The notes: a model not told the origin generated them from the sequence alone. A DNA stretch of 60,032 bases from a virus (IMGVR_UViG_3300048080_000210:1-60032), one strand, 5' to 3'; shown: positions 1 through 9,675, numbered from the stretch's first letter. A program made the numbers and translations.

Positions 1-225
1 CCGCGCCTCGAGCTCGAGGCGCTCCGCCTCCTCGCGCACGCGCTCGAGGTGATGCTGGATCAGGGCGGCGCTCACCTCGTAGGGCGCGTGGCGGCTGCCC
101 GGGCACTTTCCGCTGAAGTAGCCCCACCGCTTGTGGTAGCCGTGGATGGAGAGGTGCCCGCCAGGGAGTTTCTGGAGGTGCCCGCAAAGCTGGCAGGTTC
201 CTCGATGCGTCGCTGCGTTGCTCAT
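1..225 (-). CDS. Phage hypothetical protein, N-terminal part (Cys/His-rich); probably continues at the other window end
   Basis: ATG at 225, 8 nt after a sigma28-like -10; open to position 1: MSNAATHRGTCQLCGHLQKLPGGHLSIHGYHKRWGYFSGKCPGS...ERLELEAR. Confidence 0.7.
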   Translation of the reverse strand, partial: MSNAATHRGTCQLCGHLQKLPGGHLSIHGYHKRWGYFSGKCPGSRHAPYEVSAALIQHHLERVREEAERLELEAR

Positions 226-233
226 GCTGGTCC

Positions 234-259
234 TATCGGCATCCGGTGCGGAAACTTGA
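234..259 (-). promoter_or_regulatory. sigma28/FliA-type promoter
   Basis: Minus strand TCAAG-N14-GCCGATA (TCAAGTTT-N11-GCCGATAG), 8 nt before ATG 225. Confidence 0.75.
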
Positions 260-338
260 GCCCCTACTCCTCGCGGCGGGCCGGGTGCGGACGGGTGCGC
301 CGTCCCGAGAGCGACCGGCAACGCTCACCGGGGGCGGC

Positions 339-488
339 CTACTCCGTGAACGTCTGGAAAGCGCAGGGCTTCGCGCCGGCCTTGCGGAAGCCTTCGGCGC
401 CGAAGCCGTCGCACTGCCACCAGCCCGCGAGCGCCAGGTTCCGGTGGAGGCCCTGACCGCAATCCGGGCAGGCGCCCGTCGCGACCAC
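339..488 (-). CDS. Small Zn-finger-like phage protein, possibly 5'-truncated
   Basis: VVATGACPDCGQGLHRNLALAGWWQCDGFG...PCAFQTFTE; the upstream part of ORF 339..647 looks like antisense of a plus-strand gene. Confidence 0.5.
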   Translation of the reverse strand: MVATGACPDCGQGLHRNLALAGWWQCDGFGAEGFRKAGAKPCAFQTFTE

Positions 489-570
489 ACACCTCGAGCA
501 CGCGCTCGAGATCGCCTGTGAGCGTCTCGAGGCGCTCGGGTGCCTCCGGCGCGACACGATCACGGATGCG

Positions 571-834
571 ATGGGCGGCGAGCTCATGGCGGCCGCGTGG
601 GCTCTCACCCTCGCCGGCGAGCGGGTGCTCGCGGTCCGCCCCTTCACCCACGAGCTCGAGGGCGTGCGCTGCCGCGTGCTGAGCTCGAGCCGTTCCCGTC
701 ACCTGCGGCGCTGCTGGGGCCACTACACGGTGGTCCACCTCGAGCTCGCAGACGGGCGGCGCGTCACGGCGCCGGCCGGCCGCTTCGCCACGGAGGCGAA
801 GAGCCTACCGCTTGAGGTGCTCGCGGAGGCTTGA
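571..834 (+). CDS. Hypothetical protein (reading frame extends upstream to about 490 without a start codon)
   Basis: ORF track; the codon style matches other genes. Confidence 0.45.
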   Translation: MGGELMAAAWALTLAGERVLAVRPFTHELEGVRCRVLSSSRSRHLRRCWGHYTVVHLELADGRRVTAPAGRFATEAKSLPLEVLAEA

Positions 835-837
835 ACC

Positions 838-1053
838 ATGGGGCTCTTGCTCGAGCTCGGCGCGCAGGTCACGGCGACCCGCGCCCTCGAAAACCACTTC
901 GACGGCCTCGTCGAGGACGGGCGCCAGGGCACCGTCGCGGCGCTGGATCTCGAGCGCGGCACCGTCACGGTCCGCTTCACCGTGCCCCGAGGTAGCGTGT
1001 CGGTGCAGATCCCGGACCTCGGCGTGGGCTACCTCCGGCGGCCTCGAGCCTGA
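838..1053 (+). CDS. Small hypothetical protein
   Basis: ATG 3 nt after the previous stop, GGAGG upstream. Confidence 0.55.
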   Translation: MGLLLELGAQVTATRALENHFDGLVEDGRQGTVAALDLERGTVTVRFTVPRGSVSVQIPDLGVGYLRRPRA

Positions 1054-1072
1054 GCCGGTAGCGTCCCCGGTC

Positions 1073-2302
1073 ATGCGCGAGGAGCTCCTCCGGGCGGATT
1101 GTCTCGAGGTGCTCCCGGGCCTGCGCGGGCTCGATAGCTGCGTCACCGATCCGCCCTACGAGCTCGGTTTCATGGGGAGGGCGTGGGATTCCGCCGGCGT
1201 CTCGTTTCAAGCGAGCACCTGGCGCGCCGTGCTCGAGGCGCTCAAGCCGGGCGCGCACCTGCTCGCCTTCGGTGGCACGCGGACCCACCACCGTCTCGCT
1301 TGCGCCGTCGAGGACGCCGGCTTCGAGATCCGCGACACCGTGCTATGGCTCTACGGCACCGGCTTCCCTAAGTCGCATGACGTGTCGAAGGCGATCGACA
1401 AGGCGGCGGGCGCCGCGCGCGAGGTGATCGGCGACAAGCTCGACCGGCCGGGCTACCACCTCCACCCGGGCGGCCGCGGGGGAGCGGCCTTCGGCGCGGG
1501 CGTCGCCTCGCACACGCTCGAGGAGCGCGTCAGGGCATCCCAGCTCACCGCCCCGGCGACGGAAGCGGCGAGGGCCTGGCAAGGTTGGGGCACCGGGCTC
1601 AAGCCAGCGTGGGAGCCCATCCTCGTCGCGCGCCGGCCGCTCGAGGGCACCGTGGCGGCCAACGTGCTGGCGCACGGGACGGGCGCCCTCAACGTGGACG
1701 GGTGCCGCGTGCACGGGGATGCCGAGGAAATGCGCGGGCGCTCTGGCACGAGCGCGATCCCGGGCGGCGCCACCACCTCCTACCGGGCACACAACCCCGA
1801 TGGCGGGATCTGGGAACCGCACGCGGTCGGGCGCTGGCCCGCCAACGTGGTCCACGATGGCGGCGACGAGGTGCTCGAGGCGTTCGGCGTGTTCGGCGAA
1901 AGCAAGGACGGCACCGCCGTCAGGCGCCACCTGCCCGAGGTGCCCGCCGTCACCTACCGCGCGAGCTCCTACGCCATCACGAAAGGGCGCGGGCCTGACG
2001 TGTGCTACGGGGGGCGCGGCACTCCTGAGCGGTTTTTCTACTGCGCCAAGGCGAGCCCCGCCGAGCGTGGGCGTGGCAACGACCACCCAACCGTGAAGCC
2101 GCTCGCGCTCCTGCGCTGGATCGTGCGGCTCGTCACGCCGCCTGGGGGCGTGGTGCTCGACCCCTTCGCGGGCTCCGGCTCCACGCTCCTCGCAGCGCGC
2201 GCGGAAGGGTTCGGCTTCGTAGGCGTCGAGCTCGAGGAGCGGTCCCACGAGATCGCCACGGCTCGCCTCGCAGCCGTTCCTGGGCGCTTGCCCGGGCTCT
2301 AG
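1073..2302 (+). CDS. DNA methyltransferase, beta class (N6-adenine/N4-cytosine family)
   Basis: TDPPY catalytic motif near the N-terminus, HPTVKP and VLDPFAGSGST SAM-binding motif near the C-terminus; likely start ATG 1073. Confidence 0.92.
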   Translation: MREELLRADCLEVLPGLRGLDSCVTDPPYELGFMGRAWDSAGVSFQASTWRAVLEALKPGAHLLAFGGTRTHHRLACAVEDAGFEIRDTVLWLYGTGFPKSHDVSKAIDKAAGAAREVIGDKLDRPGYHLHPGGRGGAAFGAGVASHTLEERVRASQLTAPATEAARAWQGWGTGLKPAWEPILVARRPLEGTVAANVLAHGTGALNVDGCRVHGDAEEMRGRSGTSAIPGGATTSYRAHNPDGGIWEPHAVGRWPANVVHDGGDEVLEAFGVFGESKDGTAVRRHLPEVPAVTYRASSYAITKGRGPDVCYGGRGTPERFFYCAKASPAERGRGNDHPTVKPLALLRWIVRLVTPPGGVVLDPFAGSGSTLLAARAEGFGFVGVELEERSHEIATARLAAVPGRLPGL

Positions 2303-2362
2303 GCCACCTCTCCGCAATCCGGTGCGCTGCGCAAGGCAGTGCGAGGCAAGAGCTCGATATAC

Positions 2363-2660
2363 GCTCGAGGACCCATCTTCGTCCTGCCGCCAGCGGCGGC
2401 GGCAAGTGACGCATATAGGTGTCGAGTGCCGCATCTTGTCTCCGCAAGCAGTTGCAGGGCTCGAGCGTATATCGTGCTCTCGCGCGTCCTGGTGGCTCGC
2501 CACGGTGGACCGCAAGGCAGTGCGTAGCAAGTGACGCATACGGGTGTCAGGGCGCGATGTTGTCTCCGCCGCCCGAGGCTGCACCCACGCAAGGAGGTGC
2601 GGAGCCAGAGCGCGATGTTGTCTCGAGGCCGCATATTGTCTCCGCCGCCCTAGGCTGCGC
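2363..2660 (+). repeat. 298-bp non-coding element, copy 1 (inverted copy at 54996-55293)
   Basis: Reverse complement of 54996-55293 with only about 10 differences; lies between convergent stop codons (2302 and 2665). Confidence 0.95.
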
Positions 2661-2664
2661 GGCG

Positions 2665-2949
2665 TTAGGCTTTGCGACCCCGGGGGAGCCAGACGCGGGT
2701 GAGTAGGGGCAGCCCGTGCGGCGTCGCCGGCGGCCCGTCACCGTTGACGCCCGTGCGGCGGAGCAGGGTGTCGCGCTTCGTCTCGTGCTCTACCCACGCG
2801 AAGGCCCGGCCATTCGAGAGCCCACCCCAGAGCCCCGCGCCCTCGAGCGCGGCGCCCTGGCCCGCCTCGGCCACTTCGCGCGCGCGGGCGTGCGGATCGC
2901 GAGGCGGGGCCGCACGGCGCTCTTGCTTGCGCCGGCTCGCCTTGCCCAT
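2665..2949 (-). CDS. Hypothetical protein
   Basis: ATG 2949 overlaps the upstream stop; MGKASRRKQERR... Confidence 0.5.
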   Translation of the reverse strand: MGKASRRKQERRAAPPRDPHARAREVAEAGQGAALEGAGLWGGLSNGRAFAWVEHETKRDTLLRRTGVNGDGPPATPHGLPLLTRVWLPRGRKA

Positions 2950-3134
2950 CAAGAGCCGGCGACGAAGAGCTGGAGCTGGGGCGGGGGCTTGGCGTAGTGC
3001 GGGTCCTCGGCCGGGAGCTCGGTCACGTCCTGGGTTCGCCCCTTGCCGTGGAAGGCGCCACCGCAACGGCACCGGCATCGGGGAGTCTTCGCGTGCTCGC
3101 AACGGCTCGCCTGCGTCTTCGTGAGGCGCCTCAC
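2949..3134 (-). CDS. Small Cys-rich phage protein (CxCxCGGxxHG)
   Basis: CEHAKTPRCRCRCGGAFHG motif. Confidence 0.6.
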   Translation of the reverse strand: MRRLTKTQASRCEHAKTPRCRCRCGGAFHGKGRTQDVTELPAEDPHYAKPPPQLQLFVAGS

Positions 3135-3293
3135 AGCAGCGCCACGTGCGCGAAGCGCAGCCCGAAGTGCCCCCGGCCCTGGCTCCAGGCGAGGAACCAC
3201 CAGTGGTTCCCCAGGCGCATCCCCACGGCCAAGGGCGCGCGGAGCCAGCGAGGGCGGCGGGTTCGCGCTCCAGGAGCGCGGCGCTCGAGGCGG

Positions 3294-3461
3294 TCAGAAC
3301 GCGACATCCGGTTCCTCCGTCACGGCGTCCACGAGCGCGACGTGCGCCGCGAGCTCTCCGGCGCAGGCGGCGCACAGGGCCACCTCGCCGCAGGTATCCG
3401 GGCAGGCGGGCTCGAGCTCCTCGAGCTCCGGCTCGCGCGCCTTCCAAGTGTCGTAGCCCAT
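3294..3461 (-). CDS. Small Zn-binding hypothetical protein
   Basis: ATG with AAAGGGG SD, downstream of the promoter at 3484-3511; CPDTC/CAAC. Confidence 0.55.
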   Translation of the reverse strand: MGYDTWKAREPELEELEPACPDTCGEVALCAACAGELAAHVALVDAVTEEPDVAF

Positions 3462-3483
3462 CGGGTTCCCCTTTCGCTCCACC

Positions 3484-3511
3484 TATTCGGGTGGCCCGCT
3501 GGACAACTTGA
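3484..3511 (-). promoter_or_regulatory. sigma28-type promoter (variant)
   Basis: TCAAG-N15-CCCGAATA. Confidence 0.55.
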
Positions 3512-3873
3512 GGCTCACGCGGCACGGCCCCGGCGCCGGTGCTCGCGGATGTAGGCGGCGTGGACCTCCTGAGCGGTGGGCAGGGCCCAGCCGCCCACGG
3601 AGACAACCACCACGCCGAGCCCAGCACTGACTTCCAAGGCGCAGGCGGCTGCATCCTCTTGCGAGAGGGCCGCGCAGGGTTCGCTGCATAGGCGCGCCGC
3701 CTCCTCGTGGAGCAGGATCGCCTCCAGATCGGAGGCTTCCGGGTGCGGCTCTCGGACGAAGAAACACGTGGCGCCGTCCGCGTGGTAGTAGTCCCCGCAG
3801 AGCTCGCAGTAGTAGGAGGGCCGGAGGCAATCGCCGCAGCGGCTCGAGGGGCGGAGCGGATGGAAGAAGACGT

Positions 3874-4287
3874 TCATGGCTTCGGCCAGAGCTCCCGCGC
3901 GAGCGCCTCGAGCTCCGCGCCAATGTCGAGCTCGGGCCCTGCCGGCTGCGAATCCAGCCGCTCCAGGTCCACGGCGTAGGCGGGGTGCCTCGCGCTCGGG
4001 CGGCGGCGGCGCTCTATCAGTGGCTCGAGGTGCGGATGCCGCAGAATCAGGAGACGGGCCAGGTAGGCGCGGAAGTCGTTGTTGACCTCCCAACGGTTGC
4101 CGACCCTCACGAGCTCGACGAGCGCATTGATGGAAATACGCGCGGCCCCATTCGACGCGAGCCCCAACGCGAGCGCCTCGAGCTCTCCGACGACCGGCCC
4201 TGAAGTGCGCGCCCAGGAGACGAACCGCGCGAGGATCTGGTCCGCTCGCGTCGGTGCCGCCGCCAGCGGGAGGTCCTGCTGAATCAC
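3874..4287 (-). CDS. Phage hypothetical protein
   Basis: ISINALVELVR...NNDFRAYLARL; coupled stop/start overlaps on both sides. Confidence 0.65.
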   Translation of the reverse strand: MIQQDLPLAAAPTRADQILARFVSWARTSGPVVGELEALALGLASNGAARISINALVELVRVGNRWEVNNDFRAYLARLLILRHPHLEPLIERRRRPSARHPAYAVDLERLDSQPAGPELDIGAELEALARELWPKP

Positions 4288-4703
4288 ACGCCCTCGCCCG
4301 GCCTCGGCTTCCGGCCCGCTTGGGCGGATGCTTCGACCAGCTCCTCGTCAGACGCGGGGCGGTCAAAGCGCACGAGCACGTGCGGTTTCAGGCTCAATGC
4401 GCCCATCGCCTCCGGCAGCGAAGCCAGGAGTGCCAAGGCAGACGCGGCCATGGTGATCGCGGCGGCGTAAGTCAGCACCACGCTCGCCGCCATCTCTGTG
4501 GGCGTCAGGTTGTCCGTTTCCGGGTTCTCCGCCCGCGAGGATCGATCCGTCATCTGACGGCGGAACCGCTCCACGTTCCGCTCGACGGCCTCGAAGAAGG
4601 CGAGAGGATGCGCCCGCGCGCGCTTGAGCTCTTCGCTGGCGTAGCGTGCGGCCTCGAGCGCCGTCGCGGCGGCTGCCTCCAGCCCGATCTCCTGAGCGAT
4701 CAC
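4284..4703 (-). CDS. Hypothetical protein
   Basis: GTGA-coupled to its neighbours. Confidence 0.5.
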   Translation of the reverse strand: MIAQEIGLEAAAATALEAARYASEELKRARAHPLAFFEAVERNVERFRRQMTDRSSRAENPETDNLTPTEMAASVVLTYAAAITMAASALALLASLPEAMGALSLKPHVLVRFDRPASDEELVEASAQAGRKPRPGEGV

Positions 4704-4881
4704 GAGGCGTCCCGCCGCTTGGCGATCTCGCGGACGAACGCCGCGGTCGCCTTGATGTCGTCGAGGAGCTCCTCGAGCGTTGGCACATCCTCCGGGTCGG
4801 GCCAGAGCGACGGGTCGAGGTAGACCTCGAGCTGGGCGGTGACTTCGTGCACCGTCCCGTCGTCCTCCACAATGCAGAGCC

Positions 4882-5277
4882 TCATGAGGCGGCCTCCTTT
4901 GCCCGGTGAGTAGCCCCGGGCCAGGTAGAGGGGTCATCCTTGGCGGCGTCGCTGGCGACCGCCTCCTGGAGGAGACGCCTGCCGCGCTCCTTCACTGTCT
5001 CGAGGAGCCCCTCGGCACGGGCGCAGCGGAAGCAATAGCGGGTGCCGCTTTCGTAGGGCGCGGACTCGCCGAGCCACTCGACGTAACGCGAGCCCACGCG
5101 GATCTCTGCGCGGCACCGCACCCACCGGGTCCCGAACGTGCCCACCGGGGTGACGTTGGGCTCGCGCATGTAAGCGTTGCCGTCCGGGGTCCGCAGGCGG
5201 CCACAGCACGTCCACGGCTTGCGGGCGCGGCGGAACATGACGGTGCCGTCCTCGAAGCGCGGGAGCAGCTCGTCCAT
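4882..5277 (-). CDS. Cys-rich hypothetical protein
   Basis: ATG 5277, 9 nt after the promoter -10; RRARKPWTC...RYCFRCA. Confidence 0.6.
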   Translation of the reverse strand: MDELLPRFEDGTVMFRRARKPWTCCGRLRTPDGNAYMREPNVTPVGTFGTRWVRCRAEIRVGSRYVEWLGESAPYESGTRYCFRCARAEGLLETVKERGRRLLQEAVASDAAKDDPSTWPGATHRAKEAAS

Positions 5278-5285
5278 GGGGCCCC

Positions 5286-5858
5286 TTATCGTCCGGGCAC
5301 CGCAGGGACTTGAGCTCCCGGCGGATAGGGCTGGAGGCGGGAGTAGGCGGGCGCATGGAGCGGGTGGCGTGGCGCACCTTGGCCCGTGACGCCGAGGCAC
5401 CACAGCGGAACCTGTGCCAGCGCGGCGAGCTCGAGGAACCGGGTCGCCTCCTCCGTGCCCTGCCCGACGTTGCCCCAGGCGCACACCACCCGGGCTGCCT
5501 GAGCGAGGCGCGGCGACTCGAGCACCGACCGGAGGTAGACCGCGTTCTGAGCCACGGCCTCGGCCGAGGGCCGGGAACGCTTGAGCTCGCCCGGGTCCGG
5601 GGTGATGTAGGGGTAGAGGTTCACCACCGCGAAGCTCCCGGCGCCGAACGTCTGCGACAAGCCGAAGACGCGCCAGAGCGTCGGGTCCATTCGGTCCGCA
5701 TCGCCCGTGCTCGGGTTGAGCATCACCCAATAGAGGCGCCCCCGGTCCGGGTGCCAGGATCGGGCCAGCAGGTAGCGGTAACACCCACAGTCGGAGAACA
5801 GAGCCTCGGCACCGCCGCCCAGGCCCGGCAGCCGGCCAGGTTTCGGCGGCGCCGTCAC
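5286..5858 (-). CDS. DUF1643-family protein
   Basis: FSDCGCYRYLL, MLNPSTGD..DPT, VVNLY, VCAWG and PRHPL motifs. Confidence 0.85.
   Translation of the reverse strand: MTAPPKPGRLPGLGGGAEALFSDCGCYRYLLARSWHPDRGRLYWVMLNPSTGDADRMDPTLWRVFGLSQTFGAGSFAVVNLYPYITPDPGELKRSRPSAEAVAQNAVYLRSVLESPRLAQAARVVCAWGNVGQGTEEATRFLELAALAQVPLWCLGVTGQGAPRHPLHAPAYSRLQPYPPGAQVPAVPGR
5287..5313 (-). promoter_or_regulatory. sigma28-type promoter (variant)
   Basis: TCAAG-N15-GACGATAA. Confidence 0.6.
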
Positions 5859-6133
5859 CCTACTTGCTCCTCGAAGTCCAGGAGGGCCTCGAGGTCCTCG
5901 GCCAGCTCGAGGAGGTTGGCGGAAGTGACGGCCACGCGGCGCACCGGCGCCCGCGACCAGCTCTCCTCGGCGTACTTCGCCTGCCCGGCAGCCGAAAGCA
6001 GCGCCACGTGCACGCGGTAAGCGAGCTCCTCTGTGAGCTCTTGCCCCGCCTCGAGCACCGCCAGGGCCTCTCGGATACTCGCCCGCTCTGCGGCCGTCCA
6101 CGGGCGCATGTCCTCGAAGGGGAGCCCGGTCAT
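5855..6133 (-). CDS. Hypothetical protein
   Basis: ATG with GAAGG SD, coupled overlaps. Confidence 0.5.
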   Translation of the reverse strand: MTGLPFEDMRPWTAAERASIREALAVLEAGQELTEELAYRVHVALLSAAGQAKYAEESWSRAPVRRVAVTSANLLELAEDLEALLDFEEQVG

Positions 6134-6940
6134 ACCTTCTCCCATCGCCAGCCCAGGAGCACGCGCTGCCAGAAGCGCCACCACGTACAAGGCGGCGGCG
6201 TGTTGAACATGAAGCACGTGCCGCGGTGGATGTGGAGCCTCGAGCGCCAGTGCGGAGGCTTGATGAGCTCGGCGAGCTCGGGGGCGTTGGGTTCGCTCAC
6301 TTCACGAGCACCGGCACCGCAGGCGCGACGTAGCGGTCGCAGCGGAGCGCCGGCACCTCCATGCTGAGAAAGACCGGGTGCTTGTGGTCGGGTTGCCCGC
6401 AGAAGGAGCACGCTATGCCGGAAGCCTTGGCGAGCGCCTCGAGCCCGATCTCTTCGCCACTCGGGCGCGTCTCTCGGAGAAGGGGTGGCTTCTGCGTCTC
6501 GAGGAAGCGGAGGTCCTGTCGGATGGCGGCGCAACGGGTCAGGAGATCCTCCCATTGGTCACGATCCGAGAGCGCGAGCCAGTGAAGCGCGGAGATCGCA
6601 AGCTCCAGCCGAGCCAGTGCACGGCGCGCCTCCTCGAAGGGTCCGATCATCGGCGCCTTCTCGTGCGCACGGCGCGAGCCACTGCGCTGAAGCTGGGAGC
6701 GACGGCCACGAAGGCGATCAGCAGCGCCGCCGCCCAGAAAAAGCCGTTGGCTTCGAGGTCCGCCCAGAGGGCGGCCGCATACTGGAGAGCCGTCATGAGG
6801 GACTCCATGGGGGAAGGGTTGCGGCGGTGGGCAGGATTGACCGTCCAATGGTCGCGGGGCCGAGGTCCGGCACTTCATCCCACCCGATCGGCCAGGCGCC
6901 GCCGCTCGTCTGGTGGAGCACCTCGGCCTGCATCGGCAGC

Positions 6941-7588
6941 CTAGAACAGGCGCCCGACGAGGGGCACCCCTTCGAGGTAGCGCGACACGGACCGCTGACG
7001 GCGCAGGCTCGCCTCGGCCTCGCCGAGTGCCCGGTCTGCCCGTTCCCGGTCGCCGAGGTCATGCGCCGCCCGCCCGATCGCGAGCCAGAGGCACACGGGG
7101 TTCCCGGCACCGAAGCTGGCGGAGCCACCCGGGAAGCCAGCCGCGAGCCCGTTCCCGCAGGCGTCCACGAACACGGAAGCCGGGATGCCCGGGAGGTCAT
7201 CGGCCTCGAGCGCCTCCACGCGGTCGCCTTCGACCACCACATCCGCGCCCGCGTTCACCTCCGCACCTTCGACGTTGATGGTTGAGCCTTCGATGGCCAC
7301 CGCGCTCGAAGCGTCCACCACCGTCTGCTGCATCTGCATTTGACTCTGGCCCTGCTCCTGCGAGGCGTTGCCGCCGAAGGCGGTCGCGCTCGCGTCGGCA
7401 TCGGCCACGGCGCTCGAGGTCGCCGTGTTCGTGACGTTGTGGTGCCCGCCGTTACCAGGCGGGCCGGGCTCTCCGTCGCAGAAGTGCGGGTGGCCCGGGC
7501 AGGGTCCCCCGTTCGGCTCTGCACCGACGGGGCAGGTCGCCAGCGCCACGGCGGCGGCGGCGAAGAGGCAAGAAAGTAGGGTTCGCAT
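6941..7588 (-). CDS. Putative secreted/exported protein
   Basis: Signal-peptide-like N-terminus MRTLLSCLFAAAAVALA; Gly/Pro then Ala/Ser/Gln-rich segment; AGAAGGA SD. Confidence 0.65.
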   Translation of the reverse strand: MRTLLSCLFAAAAVALATCPVGAEPNGGPCPGHPHFCDGEPGPPGNGGHHNVTNTATSSAVADADASATAFGGNASQEQGQSQMQMQQTVVDASSAVAIEGSTINVEGAEVNAGADVVVEGDRVEALEADDLPGIPASVFVDACGNGLAAGFPGGSASFGAGNPVCLWLAIGRAAHDLGDRERADRALGEAEASLRRQRSVSRYLEGVPLVGRLF

Positions 7589-7678
7589 TTCGGTCCTTCT
7601 GTACGGGGTCAACTGCGCAACCGGCGCAGGCGGTTCTCGCGAGCGTCCCCGAGCACGCGCCCGGCGCCCGTCAAGCCG

Positions 7679-7993
7679 TCAGCGTGAGTCGTCGGCGGGC
7701 GACACGTGGAGCACGTTGACCGTGCCGCCGCCGTCGCGGAAGTAGGCGACGCGGATGCCGCGGACGCGCCGCAGGCCGCGCAGCGCGTCGGCGCGTCGCG
7801 AGTAGCCCTGCCCGCCGTTGGCGAGGATGCGACCATTCGCGGCCCAGGCGCGCCAGCGCCAGCCGTCCGGCCCGCGGTAGAGCTCGAAGTGGTCGCCCTT
7901 GGTGAGCCGCTCCAGTTTCAGGGGTAGCGGAGCCAGATCCCTCGGGCGGGCCGGGCTTGCCGTCGGGCGCTGTTCCTGGGGAATCTTGGGCAC
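7679..7993 (-). CDS. YegP/DUF1508-family protein
   Basis: FELYRGPDGWRWRAWAANGRILANGGQGYSRRADA. Confidence 0.85.
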   Translation of the reverse strand: MPKIPQEQRPTASPARPRDLAPLPLKLERLTKGDHFELYRGPDGWRWRAWAANGRILANGGQGYSRRADALRGLRRVRGIRVAYFRDGGGTVNVLHVSPADDSR

Positions 7994-8092
7994 GTGTCCT
8001 CCTTCGCCGTCGTCTCGGCGGCCTGGGATCGGTTCCCGTCGTGGTCGTGGTCGGGGGACCCTCGGGGGAGAGCCCGACCCCAGGCGAGGGGA

Positions 8093-9250
8093 TCATGCCA
8101 CGCGCTCGGGCGCAGGGTCAACGGAAACCTTCGCCAAGAGCGGCGCCACCTCCTCGAGCCTCGCGCGGGCGCTGGCGGCCTGGCCCGGGTGGAGCTCCAC
8201 GCCCAGGAACCGGCGCCCCAGACGCAACGCGACCACCCCCACGGTTGCGGTCCCGGCGAAGGGGTCCAGCACGAGGTCCCCAGGGCGCGAGCCGGCGAGG
8301 ATACAGGGCGCCACGAGGCGCTCCGGGAAGGTTGCGAAGTGCGCGATCGTCGAGGGTTGGGTGTTCACCACGAGCACGGTCCGCAGGTTCCGACCCTTGG
8401 GGTTGGTCGCCACGCGCCAGGTCGCCGCTCGACCTTGCGACATCCCCTGGGTCAGGTCCTCGCCGTGGTCGTGGTAGCTCTTGCCCACGAGGCGTTCGTA
8501 CTCCTCGGGCGCGTCCGGCTCGAGGTAGCGGGGCGCTTCCCGCACCGCGTCGGCGTTGTAGTAGTACCGGGCGCGGCCCGCCAGCAGGAACAGGTACTCG
8601 TGGGCGCGGCTCGGTCGATCCCTCGCGCTCTCCGGCAAGGCGTTCGGCTTGGCCCACACGAGGTCGGCCCGGAGCCACCAGCCGGCAGCCTGCAAGGCGA
8701 ACGCCAGGCGCCAGGGCAGCCCCAGGAGCTGCTTCGGCGCCAGGCCCATGGGCACCCGTCCCCCACGGCGGGCGGCCCGGGCACCCTGGGCCCCGCGCGT
8801 CTCGCGGTAGGCGTCCCCGGAGTGGTCCCGTGGCATGTTCCCCGCCGCGCCGGCGGCGTAGGCGTCCCCCACGTTGAGCCACAGCGTCCCGTCCGGGCGC
8901 AGCACGCGGCGCACCTCGTCGAAGACGCCCACGAGGCGGGCTGCCCAGGCGTCGGGGTCCGCCTCGAGCCCGAGCTGCTGGTCAACGTACCGGGCCCCAC
9001 AAGCGCAGGCGGCCGCGGGCACGTCCCGGGGGAAGGCGGCCCGCTTCGGTTCGCTGCCGCTCCCGCCTCGTCCTGCCCGGGAAAGCACGCGGTCGTGCTC
9101 GTGCTCCGGGTCGCCGCCCTCCCAGGCCCCCGTGCCGTAGTCCCGCTGGCCCCAATAGGGCGGCGAGGTCACGCACGTCTGGGCCACGCCAGCCGGCAGG
9201 GTGCGGAGGCGCTCGAGGGCGTCGCCCACGAGGAGGGTCGCCTCGTTCAC
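8093..9250 (-). CDS. DNA methyltransferase, beta class (SPPY, probable N4-cytosine)
   Basis: CVTSPPYW, WAKPNALPES, HFATFP and VLDPFAGTAT; GTG 9250 overlaps the upstream stop. Confidence 0.92.
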   Translation of the reverse strand: MNEATLLVGDALERLRTLPAGVAQTCVTSPPYWGQRDYGTGAWEGGDPEHEHDRVLSRAGRGGSGSEPKRAAFPRDVPAAACACGARYVDQQLGLEADPDAWAARLVGVFDEVRRVLRPDGTLWLNVGDAYAAGAAGNMPRDHSGDAYRETRGAQGARAARRGGRVPMGLAPKQLLGLPWRLAFALQAAGWWLRADLVWAKPNALPESARDRPSRAHEYLFLLAGRARYYYNADAVREAPRYLEPDAPEEYERLVGKSYHDHGEDLTQGMSQGRAATWRVATNPKGRNLRTVLVVNTQPSTIAHFATFPERLVAPCILAGSRPGDLVLDPFAGTATVGVVALRLGRRFLGVELHPGQAASARARLEEVAPLLAKVSVDPAPERVA

Positions 9251-9675
9251 AGGATCGCCCATTCGCGCGCGGCGCACTGCCACGCGGTCCAGCAGCCGCC
9301 GCTCTTGACGTGCGCCGGGTTGCGGTTGCGGCAGTGGTAGCACTCGGCGAAGCGCATCCCGGTGTAACCCTGCGGTAGCTCGCGGACCACGACACACAGC
9401 ACCAGGCTGCTCACCCTCGCGATGCGCAGGTTCCGAGCTCGGAAGCCCAAGGGGCCACCCCATCGGAGCATCCCGGGCGCGTAGACGGTGAGCTCGAGGC
9501 CCAGCGTGGCCGCGGCTTCCTCGGCCCAGATGTCCACGCCCCCGAGGTGGCAGTGGCCCGACACGATGCGGGTGGCTCCGTGGCGCAAGACGGCCGAGAC
9601 GATGGCGTCGCGGGCCTGAGCTTCGGTCTCCGCCGTGAACTTCGCCGCCTCGTGTCCGACCACGCCCAAAATCAC
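9247..9675 (-). CDS. SLOG-superfamily (YspA/DUF2493-like) protein
   Basis: ILGVVG...IVSG..GGVDIWAEEAA...FRARNLRIA. Confidence 0.65.
   Translation of the reverse strand: MILGVVGHEAAKFTAETEAQARDAIVSAVLRHGATRIVSGHCHLGGVDIWAEEAAATLGLELTVYAPGMLRWGGPLGFRARNLRIARVSSLVLCVVVRELPQGYTGMRFAECYHCRNRNPAHVKSGGCWTAWQCAAREWAIL

Noticed and set aside
2299-2741. ORFs within the 298-bp element, and their twins at 54828-55449
   Set aside because: Similarity comes from the DNA duplication; starts and ends differ between copies and the codon style is atypical
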